DNA of 49,291 nucleotides, counting the filler, from Streblomastix strix (lineage: Eukaryota), in the NCBI GenBank assembly GCA_008636045.1. It is 3 parts of 3 records of this genome, joined end to end, with 100 filler letters (N's around TTAATTAATTAA, not from the genome) between each part and the next. Parts side by side here need not be neighbours in the genome. Positions count along the whole stretch, not along the records: positions 1 to 16,365 come from SNRW01000826.1; 2 more parts are not named here. The stretch is one strand, 5' to 3'. This document shows, piece after piece, positions 1 through 12,355 of this stretch. The notes beneath the pieces are model-generated. The model saw only the letters and a program-made list of their open reading frames with translations. It was not told the origin of the DNA and did no database searches. Both the position numbers and the translations under genes were made by a program. How positions within the stretch are numbered: position 1 is the stretch's first letter; each line of letters begins with the position of its first letter.

Positions 1-335
1 CCATTAGCTAATAATATTTAATTACTTGTACCACCTAATTTAATGATTTTATTAGCTGTGATAGGCTATGTAAATGATTTGATTCCAGTGATAGTTTAAG
101 CTGTATTTAATGTTACTAAATCAGATATTGATGTTTTCTTAAAGAATTAACTAAAGTAAGTAAAATATTTTATAATTTCATTATCTATCTATTAAGTTAT
201 TTATTTTTACAACTTCTATAGAGATTCTATTTCTAATTATTATTTCTTCATCTTCTCATATTCTGATTTCATTTATTATAGTTCTTCTTCTGTTGGATCC
301 TTTAAGTCAGTTAGTTATTACGCTTCTTCTTCCAT
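1..335 (-). CDS. Fibre/tail-repeat-like protein, 5' part (runs off window start); probable endogenous virus or mobile-element gene
   Basis: With TAR=Gln the frame is open from ATG at 335 to base 1: MEEEAQQLTDLKDPTEEELQQMKSEYEKMKK...SDLVTLNTAQTITGIKSFTQPITANKIIKLGGTSNQILLANG. The VTLxTAQTITGxKxF motif resembles phage/viral tail-fibre repeats (recognised by eye, not searched). Confidence 0.65.
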
Positions 336-377
336 TAGTTTTCAACAAAAATAAACAATTTCATAATGATATTATAT

Positions 378-1106
378 TCAAAAATCTTCTGGTCCAATAT
401 CTGATTCTAGCTTGTCAGATAATCTAACGAAATCTTTGTTGACTCGATATAACTTCTCGATACTATTCCATAATACGTTATCTAAGTTAGATATTGAGAC
501 ATTCTTGATGAGTACATCATCTACTCTTACAATCTCTTTCTTCTTGTATTTTTTTGAAGTACAGCTATTATATCTCATCAGTGGTTCTTCCATTACAACT
601 TCAATATCTTTCTCTTCTTCTTATGTTATTAATGCCCAGAGTTTAATATAGTTATCAGAGTTAAATATGAAATCCTCACCTTTCTTTCGTGAATCAACAC
701 ATCTCCAAATCGTATCAATGATGAATTTCTATACTTCTAAGTTAGGATGAGATAAGTATGTATCCTTAACAACTTATTCTGGTTCAACTTAAGCAGTTTC
801 ACGTGGAACTTCTTTATATTTATTAATATTATAACGATGTCTTCGTGGTCTTTCAGTTTATATCTCTCGTTGAGGTTCTTCTTCTTATTCATTAATGTTA
901 AGCTTAAATTCTCGTGATTATAATGGTGTCTGAATCGAAGATTATATTTATAACTATGGAATTTATACTGCTTTCCTGAATCCATTCGTTATAGCTTCAT
1001 CAATTGCTTATAATCTGGCTTTATCTTCTTCTGATAATTCTTTCTTAACAACACTCGCATGTTTGCTTTTATGAACTCTAATTTGATTTGTTTGTATTGT
1101 TGTCAT
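378..1106 (-). CDS. Hypothetical 242-aa protein, intronless
   Basis: ATG at 1106 to TGA at 378-380, 729 bp, open in code 6 (MTTIQTNQIRVHKSKHASVVKKELSEEDKARL...WNSIEKLYRVNKDFVRLSDKLESDIGPEDF). Track ORF 378..593 is its C-terminus. Confidence 0.75.
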
Positions 1107-1147
1107 TTAATTTTGTGTTTAAATAAAATCAATAAGTATCTAATAAA

Positions 1148-1771
1148 ATGAATCAAGCATAAGCATTAAAGAATCTCATGGAAAACGGAACATCAATTGA
1201 ATATTTCAATAATGGATATATTATGTAAGTTAAAGATAAGATCAAAGTATATGAAGAAGGAAAGAAAGCAGCGAGAACTCTGACTCAAGCATAATAAACT
1301 AAGTTATTATTAGAAGCAAGAGGTGGAGGTTAAACAAAACCTAATCGAGTATTAAAAAGACATGTTAAATAGAACAGTGATGAAGAAGCAGATGATGAGT
1401 AAGATGATTATCATATGAATATCGACGATGATGAATGTGATGATTAATAAATTATCGTTGAATAACCAAGATAAACACCAAAACCAAAGCCAATGAAAAC
1501 AATAAAGAAGTAACCATAGATAAATTATACTTCTCCATCAGTAGATTTAGAGGAACTAATACGTTTACGAACAGAAAACTCATTTATTAAGCAGTAACAT
1601 CAAGAATCTATTAAGTAAGTTGAGAAATATAAAGCAAAAATAAGAGATTATAAATAAAAGAAACTTAACGATGAATAAGCAGAGCAAATATAAACTCCAC
1701 CATAAGAATAAGTTCCTGAATAATAAGAATAACAATAAGAAATTAGATTTAATGAAATAGATTTATGGTGA
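1148..1771 (+). CDS. Hypothetical 207-aa protein (acidic patch plus coiled coil), intronless
   Basis: ATG at 1148 to TGA at 1769-1771, 624 bp, open in code 6 (MNQAQALKNLMENGTSIEYFNNGYIMQVKDK...EIRFNEIDLW). Divergent from the neighbouring gene with only 41 bp between the start codons. Confidence 0.75.
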
Positions 1772-1837
1772 GTATATTAATTACAATTCATTATAATATA
1801 TATTTTTAAATATATAATCATTTAAAACATAAAAATA

Positions 1838-1910
1838 GCTGTTATAGCTCATTGGTATCGATTGTGAATTAAAAAAAATTTTCGGCTTAGGTTCGAATCC
1901 ATCTTCAGTA
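1838..1910 (+). ncRNA. tRNA-like RNA polymerase III element (A and B boxes intact, cloverleaf degenerate)
   Basis: 73 nt GCTGTTATAGCTCATTGGTA...GGTTCGAATCCATCTTCAGTA. A box TAGCTCATTGG and B box GGTTCGAATCC sit at tRNA spacing, GCTG/CAGT ends pair, and TTTTT follows at 1914-1918. D, anticodon and T stems do not pair properly. Confidence 0.6.
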
Positions 1911-1940
1911 TTATTTTTCTAAAAATTATTTTCTATTAGT

Positions 1941-2045
1941 TGATCATGATCGTGATCGTGATCGAGAATATAAAAATAAAAATTTAAAAATTTATTTTCA
2001 GAAGTTTGACGATCACGATCTGATCGGATCAAACTCAAGTGATCA
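1941..2045. repeat. GATC-rich imperfect inverted repeat (hairpin)
   Basis: TGATCATGATCGTGATCGTGATCG (1941-1964) versus CGATCACGATCTGATCGGATCA (2010-2031) around an AT-rich loop; nine GATC in about 105 bp. Confidence 0.7.
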
Positions 2046-2325
2046 AGCATTGGAATTGGAATATAAAATATATTTTTGGCCAAATATCACTTAAGATATG
2101 TTATTATAACATAATAATGCAAATCCTAGCTTATAAATATATATATTATCAAATTATAATAACTAATATAAAAATACTTAAATATTTAACGCGAAACATA
2201 AAATAATAATAAAATCCATTTTTCAACACGAAATTTCAATATAACTAATTTATTTTTAATTTCCTATATTTTAATTATTTTTTACTTATATTCTAATCAC
2301 ATTTCAACATTAGTTTTCACCGTAC

Positions 2326-2637
2326 GATCACTGTTTGAAGACATCGTTTTTGATGTCTAACACGATGCATTATTTTGAAATTTCGAGCTCTACCAACAAA
2401 TTAGACACTTAAGATTTCGTCTTCCAACAAATTATATGCTTAAAATTTCGTCTTCAAAGCTCAATCACTCGATGAACATGACTATTGAGTTGACATCAAA
2501 AATGAGCTCTCAAAACAGTGATCACTCGTTGGATACACTTTTAAAACAGTGATCACTCGTTGAACACACAAAAAAAAACAGCAATCGCTCGTTGAAAACA
2601 CTTTTCAGACAAATTCTTAACAATTAGGGCAGTGCCC
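2326..2637. repeat. Cluster of 31-bp direct repeats, an inverted repeat and a terminal GC hairpin
   Basis: 2x CCAACAAATTA.A..CTTAA.ATTTCGTCTT (2393, 2424); 3x AAAACAG..ATC.CTCGTTG (2512, 2543, ~2575); GATCACTGTTTG...TTTTTGATGTC (2326-2357) inverted relative to GACATCAAAAA...CAAAACAGTGATC (2492-2523); GGGCAGTGCCC hairpin at 2627-2637. Confidence 0.7.
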
Positions 2638-3065
2638 GTCTTTCCTATATTATTTAAGTTTTATGCGATTGAATCTTTATACAATAACTGTATATTATAT
2701 TCTCATAATTTTAATTTTATTAGATAAACTTTAACAAATCATAATTAAACCATTATTATAGAATTTAAACGTATACTTAGATTATGAATCAAATCTAAAT
2801 AATTTTCGAGAAAAACTCGAATTATTCTATAAAAATATGAATAATTTGAATTAAATATATTATTATTATGTAACAAGTTCTAAATAATTAAATTTATAAT
2901 TAAACAACCAAATGTTTTACATATAGACACAATTCTAAAAATAATTAAAAAAACTTAATTTTCACAGTGTATTTTAAATAAAATAATATAAATTAATTTT
3001 TAAAATATCAACTGTTTAAATTATCTTTGCTTTATTACTATTTTATTATTAAGATTTTCATTCAA

Positions 3066-6000
3066 ATGGAATTAACTCGCGAACAAGCTTTTGTCAGTCT
3101 TGTGGTTGCAGCTGCGGATATAGATGTTGTTGTGAGGTAGGAAGCTCGTAGGGTATTAATACAAATTGGTAGACAAAACCCCGGTAAAGCAGCAAGCTTT
3201 CTTTTGGCAGCTCTTCAAGATTCTGTATGCGCTATTCTTTTATTAAATATATTTTCTCTATAAAAAATATTAACCAGGATATTGTATAGGGTAAAAAATT
3301 AATTTTACTTTCCATACTCGAGTAAATATCATGTGAAAATGTACTTTCACTTCAAACGGACATCACATAGTAAATCATTTCTTTTGCATGTCAAATTATT
3401 TGTACTGATGATGTGTGCTTCAAATTAAATATTTTTTTTCATTATTACTCATTTTATTCACTGTGCAATGTTTAGGAAATTATTGAAACAACGGGAATTT
3501 CAGCGTGTCGATTACTTGCTTCAATGATGTCACTACATCCTGATATTTGTTTTAACACATTAATGAAGAAATTGGAAGAATCAAAGAATCTTTATCTCTG
3601 GAGAATATAAGCATTACGTTTTTTTGCATATAAAAATCCTACTTTTTTGCTTGATAAATCAAAGGATATAATACATTCCATTAATGAACGCATTACAAAG
3701 CTGAGTTCAGAGTAGCATAAATGGGCAGTAGCATCATTTTATGCAGAATTGGCTGATATAATAATAAAGAAGGAGATAAAGAATGAACAAACAGATTCAA
3801 AATAAGATTCTATTCCTAACAGATAAATTTAATCATTATCATCTTTATATAAATTTTCAAAAGATTAAATTATTAATGACAGTTGGTAAATATTTGCATT
3901 TACTATACTTGAACTGTTATGGGAATAAAATGAAGGGTTTTCCCTTTAAAGTAAGAGATGTATGATATCATCACTAAAAGCATTTGGAAGATGGATACGA
4001 TTAGCCAATAGTTCTGTAGCTCAATAAATGATTGAACATGTACTGCCAATTATATTGATTGAACTAAAGAAGGATAATACAGCAGAGTAATATGCTGCAG
4101 TTATTGGATTGAGGGGTGCAATATAAGTTGGAGTGAATGTTTGTCCATAATCAATTAATCCATATATATAAGAGATATTGAAATAGCTTTATTAATTATT
4201 GATCACCCTTCCATTGATATATCCAACTGCTTTGGTATTCCCACCTTAACCTGCATAATGGAGAAGATAAATAGAAATAATATTAAATGGAGAATAGAAT
4301 ATAATTGAGAATGAGAAAGAAACAAAAGAAATAAATTCAAATGAATAACAATAACCACATATTGATTAATCTATTTTATAGGATCATAAAGATTCACTTC
4401 ATGAAATTAATGATAAAGCCATAGTTGACATTGAAATGAGTATTAGATAGAGATTATCCATAGATATATATAGTCTATTAAGTATAATGGGATTACATTA
4501 TCCAGATGAGACAATTATATTCTTATTATAATCACTTCAACCTTCATTTGTTATATAATCACAACAATAAATGTCATTTCAGAGATCTGCATTAATAAGT
4601 GCATTGGCTCATATTGTATCTGTTTGTGGGGTTAATGTTATATCAAAGAGACAATTAATTATTGGAGGTGAAATTCCAAATAATGAATTAAATGATCAAA
4701 AGAAAGAAATGAAGAATTTTGGATCTAAAAATGAATTAAATAGGAAAGAATAAAATTCACAGTTTCTTTCTCAATCTTTATCAGATTCTTCTATTCAAGT
4801 GCAATTTGCAATTGTTGAACTTGTACTATCTCTTTCTAGGAATGGATTCTTAATAAAAGAAGACAAAGGTTGTTAAGGTCTCATAAGATCATTAATTCAT
4901 TCATTTGGAGCATATAGGATGGATTATGATGAAAATAAAGAATAGAAACATTAGAAAGAATAATTAGTGAAATCTATTCCTACAGCAACTCAATTATCTT
5001 TATTTGCTTCTGATTGTCTTTATGAGATGTGCACTAATCATATTTAAACACGAGATCTACTCTGGAATTATCTGTTTGAATTCATCTTCATTCCAAGATC
5101 TATAATTCCTTCCTAATCTACAAATACAATAATTAATTCTATTTATTTTAATCCTCCTTCATTCATTCCATCTGTAACATTCGCATTATCTTATATTGCT
5201 TAATAGAAGAGAGATAATTAAAATGATACAAATAGAACAGAAATACTTGATAGAGCTCCTGCTATTGTTGGTATATGAATATTATTATTAATTATTTAAT
5301 TATATTAAACATATCATTGAATTTATAATTTTAAATTATTTTATGATATATTCATTAGGACGATTAATATCACTCTTGAGTTTACATTCATTTAGTCTGA
5401 GTATAAATGTTGAGTCTATTTTGGTATTATTCGTTTCTATATCATCATTCTTACATCCATCTTTGGAGGATGTAATGAAAGAATAAATTTCTATTCTATA
5501 CAATGAATGGAAAAAGATTTACGATTAAGACGAACCTGAGTAAATTTAAAATTAAGAATCAACACTGAATAAGACAAATAAGAAATAATAGCCAATAAAA
5601 CTTGATAATGAAATTATTAGTGAAAATTAGTAAAAAGAAGAAGAAATAAATGATGGATAAAAAGAAAGTAAATAAAATTAAGTGTCTTTTTTCTCAGGAA
5701 TTGAATCTGGTGCTTCTTCTCATTGCAACTCAAATTAAGATTATATTTTAGATTCTGATGATGAATAAAAAGAAATTAATAAACCTGATTGTTCATTTGC
5801 TCTTATTTCTACTTATTTTTCAAACTAATAAAATAATTTATCAGAATATTCATTCTTTCAATAATTGAATTTAAACAAGAAATAAATATTAAATAATTAA
5901 TCTTCATCTTCATCTCCTTCATTCATTCCAAACACTTCAATAAACAAATGGAATGAAAGTCTTGAATTATTCTTTGATAGAACACTCTCATAAATTAATT

Positions 6001-9000
6001 AGGACGTCTGGATTGTAGAAGTTGGAAGAGAGATCGGTCGTATTTGGAATGAAAAGAGATACTCAATTGTTTAAATATAACTCAGCTCACAGAATGAGAA
6101 ACAAGGAATTAATTCTGATTAATATGATAAATAATAATAATAATAATAACATACATATTATGACATCATAAATATGTAAATATGTAAATTAGCGCATCTT
6201 TTGGGTATTTGTGCAAAGAATTGTAAGTAATATTGGGCACATAGGGACATTCTTGAAAGAAATTTAGTCCTTCATTTAGATCATGGTAACGAATATTAAT
6301 AATAGGCAGCTGCATATGCAATTGGAACTGCAGTTAAAGGAGTCAATAGAAAAAAGAAATAAAATAATTAATTATAATAGTCATCTGCCAGTCATTCAGC
6401 AACTATTCATATAAATTCAGCTTTTAATGCAATATTCAAAATGAATCAAAGTTAAGGTGGTATTATCAGAGGGAGAAGTTTAATTAACAGAAAGAAAGAA
6501 GAAAGAAGCAAAAAAGATGCAGAATTAAAGAAAGGGAAAGAAAACGATAATATTCGATGTTCAATGTTATTGTGTATTTCCAAAGTAACAGATGTTATTG
6601 CTGATGAAATTGAAGAAGGGATCGGAATAATTAATCAAATAAGTGATGATAAGTTAAATATAAATGTTAATAATGAAAATGTTGGAGAAGAATAAAATTA
6701 AAACAAAGAAAAAGATTTCAATATTCATCTAATTTCTGGACTATAACACAAAACCCAAATTACTATTAATAAAATTGAATAATATATTTTACCCTATCTT
6801 TCTGAAGAAGGAGAATATATATCAACATTGAGATGCAAAACCATTTTTTGCTCAGGAATAACTGGAGTTATTAAAGTGATTAATATATGCAAATAAGCAA
6901 ATAAGATAATTGATACAAAAATGAAGCAAATTGAATTGAATTCAGAAAAGAGAGAAAGTTTAATGCAGGATAATTACGATGATGAATAAGAGGATGAAAA
7001 TGATGATGAAGAAGAAGATGCATTAGAAATATAATAAGTTGATAATATTGAAGGAGAATCTAATTATGATAATAATGATTAGAATAATAAAGATAATTTA
7101 GATTTTGAATTTGAAATGATTGAAATTGAAGGGAAAAAATCCAAGAAGAATAAGTATTAACATTCATTCCAATATCCACCATAATCATTCTAACATCACA
7201 ATGATAATCAATAATCCAGTAATCCTCATTCAATTACTACTCCTTATATATCTTAGTTTCAGTCTTCATATCCAATAACAAGACTTCCTCCTCCATTTCC
7301 ACCAGCACCAATTATTAAATAGAAGGAATAAGACAGACAAATAAATAAAGATAATTGTCATAATAATAAGAATAGTTTTTAATAAGAGTTTATATTCTAC
7401 ACACGAGATAATCTATTGTTAGCATTAATTAAGCAAGGTAAACATGGACTTGGATTAACAGCTATTTAATCATTAGTATAAAAGAAGCAAATGTAAGTTT
7501 TGAATGAGAGAAATAAGCACATTAATGAGAAAGAGAAAATGAAATAATAAAATAAAAGATAATTTATGCATTCATTGGTTAATATTAGATAAGAAGAAGA
7601 ATAATCAAATACACAACTTGTTATGTAACAAATTGAAATTATATAGAAACTCTCACTTATTAATCCAACTTTTGTACCAGAAAACATCTAAAATGAAATA
7701 ATTAGAGAATTAATGAATGTTTTAGAATATGATGAATCATTACTTGATGTTACTATTAACAACGAAGAGAATGAGAAAAAGAATGAGTAAAATAATGAAA
7801 AATATTTGGCTTATTCCATTTCATCATTGATTATTGTATTCCTACAAACAAGCCGAGGAGGAATATTATTTGAATAATAAAAACAAGAAGAATTAATAAA
7901 TAAAAATGAAATGCAAAATGAAACGAATCAAGTTAAATCAACTTTCAGTCAAAAAGTAATTGATATTCTGGGGTAATATACTCGATTATTGAAGCAAATA
8001 CTTCCTGAAACAAGAGATTATACTTCGGGAGTAAGAAAAGGCTCACTTATTATATTTAACTAGTTAACATAATCTGTTATTGAATAAATTAAAGACTTAT
8101 TAATTAAATAGAATGAATAGTAAAAGAAAGAAGAAGAATTTCAAAAAGAGAAAGCTAATAATAATGATGATGATTAAAAATAAGATAATTAAAAGATATA
8201 AGAACAATAGTTTGAAGTTTCATTTGGTCCAATTGGATCAGTTTTGTCGCTTATTTTAGTTCGATGTTATGAATCAAACATTTAAACAAGGAATCTGGCT
8301 TTTGATTCGATTGGATTAGTTCTTTAATTGGATAATATTCTAAGAAAACAAATAAATAAAAATTATGGATAAAACAATAATGAGACTATTTCAAATTAAT
8401 TTCAAGAAAATAAAATTGAAGAAATGGAAAGAATTAAAAATGAAATTGGGAAAATAGATTAAATTTAATTGGACTTAAGAATGAAAGAATTGGAATAAAT
8501 AAAAGAAGATGAAAGTGAAGAAGATGATGAATAAGAAGAATTAGAAGAAGAAAGAATATCAAAATCACATTCTTTGAATTAAGATATGAAAGAATCATCA
8601 ACTGAATAAAGAGTGAAAATTATTCGGAATCCATAATATTAAGAAACAAAAGTATAGAAAAGTGAAGTAGTGGAAAATAAGAATACGATTGTTTTGAATA
8701 AAAGTGAAAACAAATTAGAAAAAGTTGATACTGTTGATAATAAAAGAAATTAAATAATCGAAGAAGATACGTCTGCAAGCAAATAAAGAAATATGAATAT
8801 AAATAGAATAATATCAAAGTAATTGATATAAATAATTATCTCCTCATTAAATTTATCTTCTATTATTGATTTAAGCATCTCAATAATAAGAGTATCAATT
8901 TTTGATCCTTTATTAATTGAAGGTAAAATTGGGAAATATTCAATTTCGTCGTTAATTGAACTTTCCTGTATGATAATTGAATAGATTTAAGATTAATTGC

Positions 9001-12000
9001 CTCAATCAGCATCACGAATGCTAATTAAGAATTGTATAGAAGCTCTCAGTCCACAACAGAGTAATTAATAATATAAATAATAATAAGGATAAAAGTTATC
9101 TCATTTATTATTAAATAAGATTAAGATGAATGAAACACCCAAATCTGATTCTATATCTCTTATATCTTCACAATCTTCATCTTCATTATCTTATAAGTAA
9201 AATCAGAAACCAAATTAGTTTACTGATTAATTACAATCACTTTCATAATTAGAATCAATATGGGGTACTCCTCTTTGGGTAGGGACTGACCCTGGAGAAT
9301 TCTGCATTGAGAAATAGACGACCAAACAATAATAAATATAAATGAAATTAAATTAATAAGACAAATAGCAATAAAATTAATAGAAATTAAATGAACAAAG
9401 AGGGCTTTAAACGTCTCCTATACGAATGTTACCAGAATGTATATGTGTTGAATTAAAGAGAATTGTTTAACAAATTGCTTATTCTAATGGAGAACTTGTT
9501 TATAATGTCCTTCTCCAGCTTCGGAATGAATCACATAAAGATGCTGCATATTCAATAATTAGATTCATTTCACTTGGAATTAGAGAATAGAAAGAATAAA
9601 TAAAAGACTAAATAAGTGAAATGGAAGATTTCAGTGAAATTGAAAGAAATAAAAAGAACCACTTAACTGGTATTGCAATGATGGATGCAATGATTGAATC
9701 TTTGAAATGGAGTGGAGAAAAATAAATCAGAAGAAGAATTGATGAAAAGAAAGCAAATAAAGGGAATAAATCTGAATAAGAATAATATGATAAATAAGAA
9801 ATAATTAAACCCGAGAGAAATGTTTCATCGGTTGATTCTGAAAAAGGATAATAATTCATTCCTTCGTTTTATTCACTTTCTGTTATTTAAGCTCTCGTAT
9901 AAATATTTAATTTAAATTCATTAATTACATTATTTGATCTTCATATGATAATGATTAATGACAAAAGTAAATAAACAAATTAATAGAGTTAAGAATAAGA
10001 ATAACAAGATTAAGATGAATTATAAGATGACAAAGATGATGATATCAATGTTGAAGAAGAATCAAATCATATTGATGAAGATTAATAAGAAAAGATGAAA
10101 AAAGATGAATAAGAAGAAGAATGGATTGAAATTGAAGTTAATGAGAATAAGAAGGTTAAATAAAAGAAGATAAATATTGATTCAGAAACAATGAAAGATA
10201 ATGAAAATGAAGAAAACAAACTTTCATCTTCGTTTCTTATTAAATATATTCCAGCTACAACAACTGTACTTTTGATGTAATTAGCTGTTATCCATGGGTG
10301 TGATGAAAATGAGAAGCACTTAGAAATGGTATTATCAGCACTTCATTGTGTAGGAAATCACGTTGGATTTGGGAGAAAATGTTCATATTCATAAAAATTC
10401 AATTAAAATAATCTATTCTCAATTTCACAAAGAGATTAAATTGATGATTTAATTGAATGCGATGTTATATCCTAAAATGAAGAATACTTTCCGTTGAAAG
10501 CGAAAGAAGTAATATTTGGAATATAAAATGCAAAGAATGTATAAAATTAATTAGAAATACAAAAAGGAAGATCAAAAGGAAAGAAAATATTATAATAAAT
10601 GATGAAAACTGATCTAATAAAGAAGAATACAACCAAATCAGGAAAATATGAAGTTGGATAAAATTAAAGAAATATTTGGGATGCAGCAAAATAAAAAGAA
10701 TATTTTGAACATTTTATTTATGCATTTGGAATAAGAGAATGTGTAATGTGTGGTTTTCTGAGTGTAAAAGAATTCATTGAATTTGGGACTGAAATGATTG
10801 AAAGAAATAAGAATAGAAACATTGATTATGAGAATGAGAGAAATATTGAAGGAAAAGAAGTGCGAAAGATGGAAATGATTTGTGGAGCAACATTTCTGTC
10901 AATTGGAGCTGTATTCTTAAAAACATACTGGAGTTCTTTAAATGGAGAAATTAATCATCAATAATAATAAATAATTGATACACTGACATAGAATACAATA
11001 ACTAGTCTAATGATATGTATACATGATTAAGAATCAAGAGTTAGATTAACTTCACTCGGAGGAATCGGATTGATTTCTTCATTTATTCCTTTATTTGATA
11101 AAAAGAAGGAAAAAGAAGTTGAATAAGAAAAATAAGATAAAATTGACCTTAACTTTGAAGATTAACAGAATAAAGATGAAAAACATTTAACATAAAATAA
11201 ATCATTGGCAAATATTCTCTATACATTATTATAATTATGCGGATAAGAAGATGATTAATTAGTGAAAAGAGGAATAGCAAAATCAATTCGAAGGTTTATT
11301 GTTGGTCTTCCAGATAAATGGGATGAATAAGTTAATATTGAAATAGAAAAGGATAAAGAAGAAATAATTAAACAAGACGAAAATGAAGTTAAATATCAAT
11401 TAAATGAATAGAAAGAAAATTAAATATGGATTTATGGAGAAGGATTGATACTCGAAATGATTGAAAATTCAGATAAGAAGAATGAATCTGGATTCAAACT
11501 AATTGCATGTGGATTATTAGATGCGATTGTCAGTAAAGAATTGAGAAAAATTAAAAGTGAAAGTATAATTAATGTTGATAATAAATTAATAATTCAAATT
11601 TAAGATGAAAGAGAATTCTTCACAATGTTGCATCATTCAATTATTCCTCATCTTCTGATATTACTTGGTGATTAGGATGATAATGTGTATTAAGCTGCAT
11701 TGTTATGCATATACAGGATTTGTAGATTGATTGGTTTAAATGAAGTGGAGAAATTATTATAGAATGAAAATGAAGAATAAATAAATAAAGTTGGACAATT
11801 AAAACGTTAATAGGAAGAAAAATTTGTTTAAAAATATAAAGATCTTGCAAGAATCCTCATGAGTGCAAATCCTGCAAGAATTAAATAATATATAACAAAA
11901 TTGTAATAAATTATTGTTGAAGGGACACCAGAAGGAATAGAAAAAGACAAAACAGGAGATAAAGTTGAGAAGTAATTATATGAGAAAATTAAAAAAAGAA

Positions 12001-12272
12001 AGGAAGAAGGAAATGCATTCAGTGGAGCATCAACTGGTTTAGGAATGAATGAAATGTAGCATCCATATTCAAATTCAAAAAGAATAGGAGTAATCATTCT
12101 TGGATCTTTGGTTGGGCAGATTATGCTTGAATCTAAGAAGGAGGGGAATATTGAGAAAGATACATAGTTGATTGCTGAAACTGTTCGAGTCATAAAGACA
12201 TAGCTAAGTAGCAAAGATGTTCGAGTAAGAATTGCTGCTGTACGAGCGATAAGCAATTTGTGGAATACTTGA
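3066..12272 (+). CDS. MROH1: Maestro HEAT-like repeat protein (MROH1/SGR6 family), ~3000 aa, 4 exons: 3066-3224, 3278-3412, 3476-5270, 5359-12272
   Basis: Spliced CDS is 9003 bp with no internal TGA in code 6, and has GT-AG introns of 53, 63 and 88 nt. Motifs in MROH1 order: LVVAAADIDVVVRQEARRVLIQIGRQNP, DLLWNYLFEFI, APAIVGRLISLL, WNESLELFFDRTLSQINQDVWIVEVG, and C-terminal LSSKDVRVRIAAVRAISNL. Family assigned by recognition. Confidence 0.8.
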
Positions 12273-12355
12273 GTGCATAATTTGTTAATATGATATTTGT
12301 GTTATTTGTTATTTTTTTTATTGAACATGTATGAAATAAACAACTTATTTTAACA

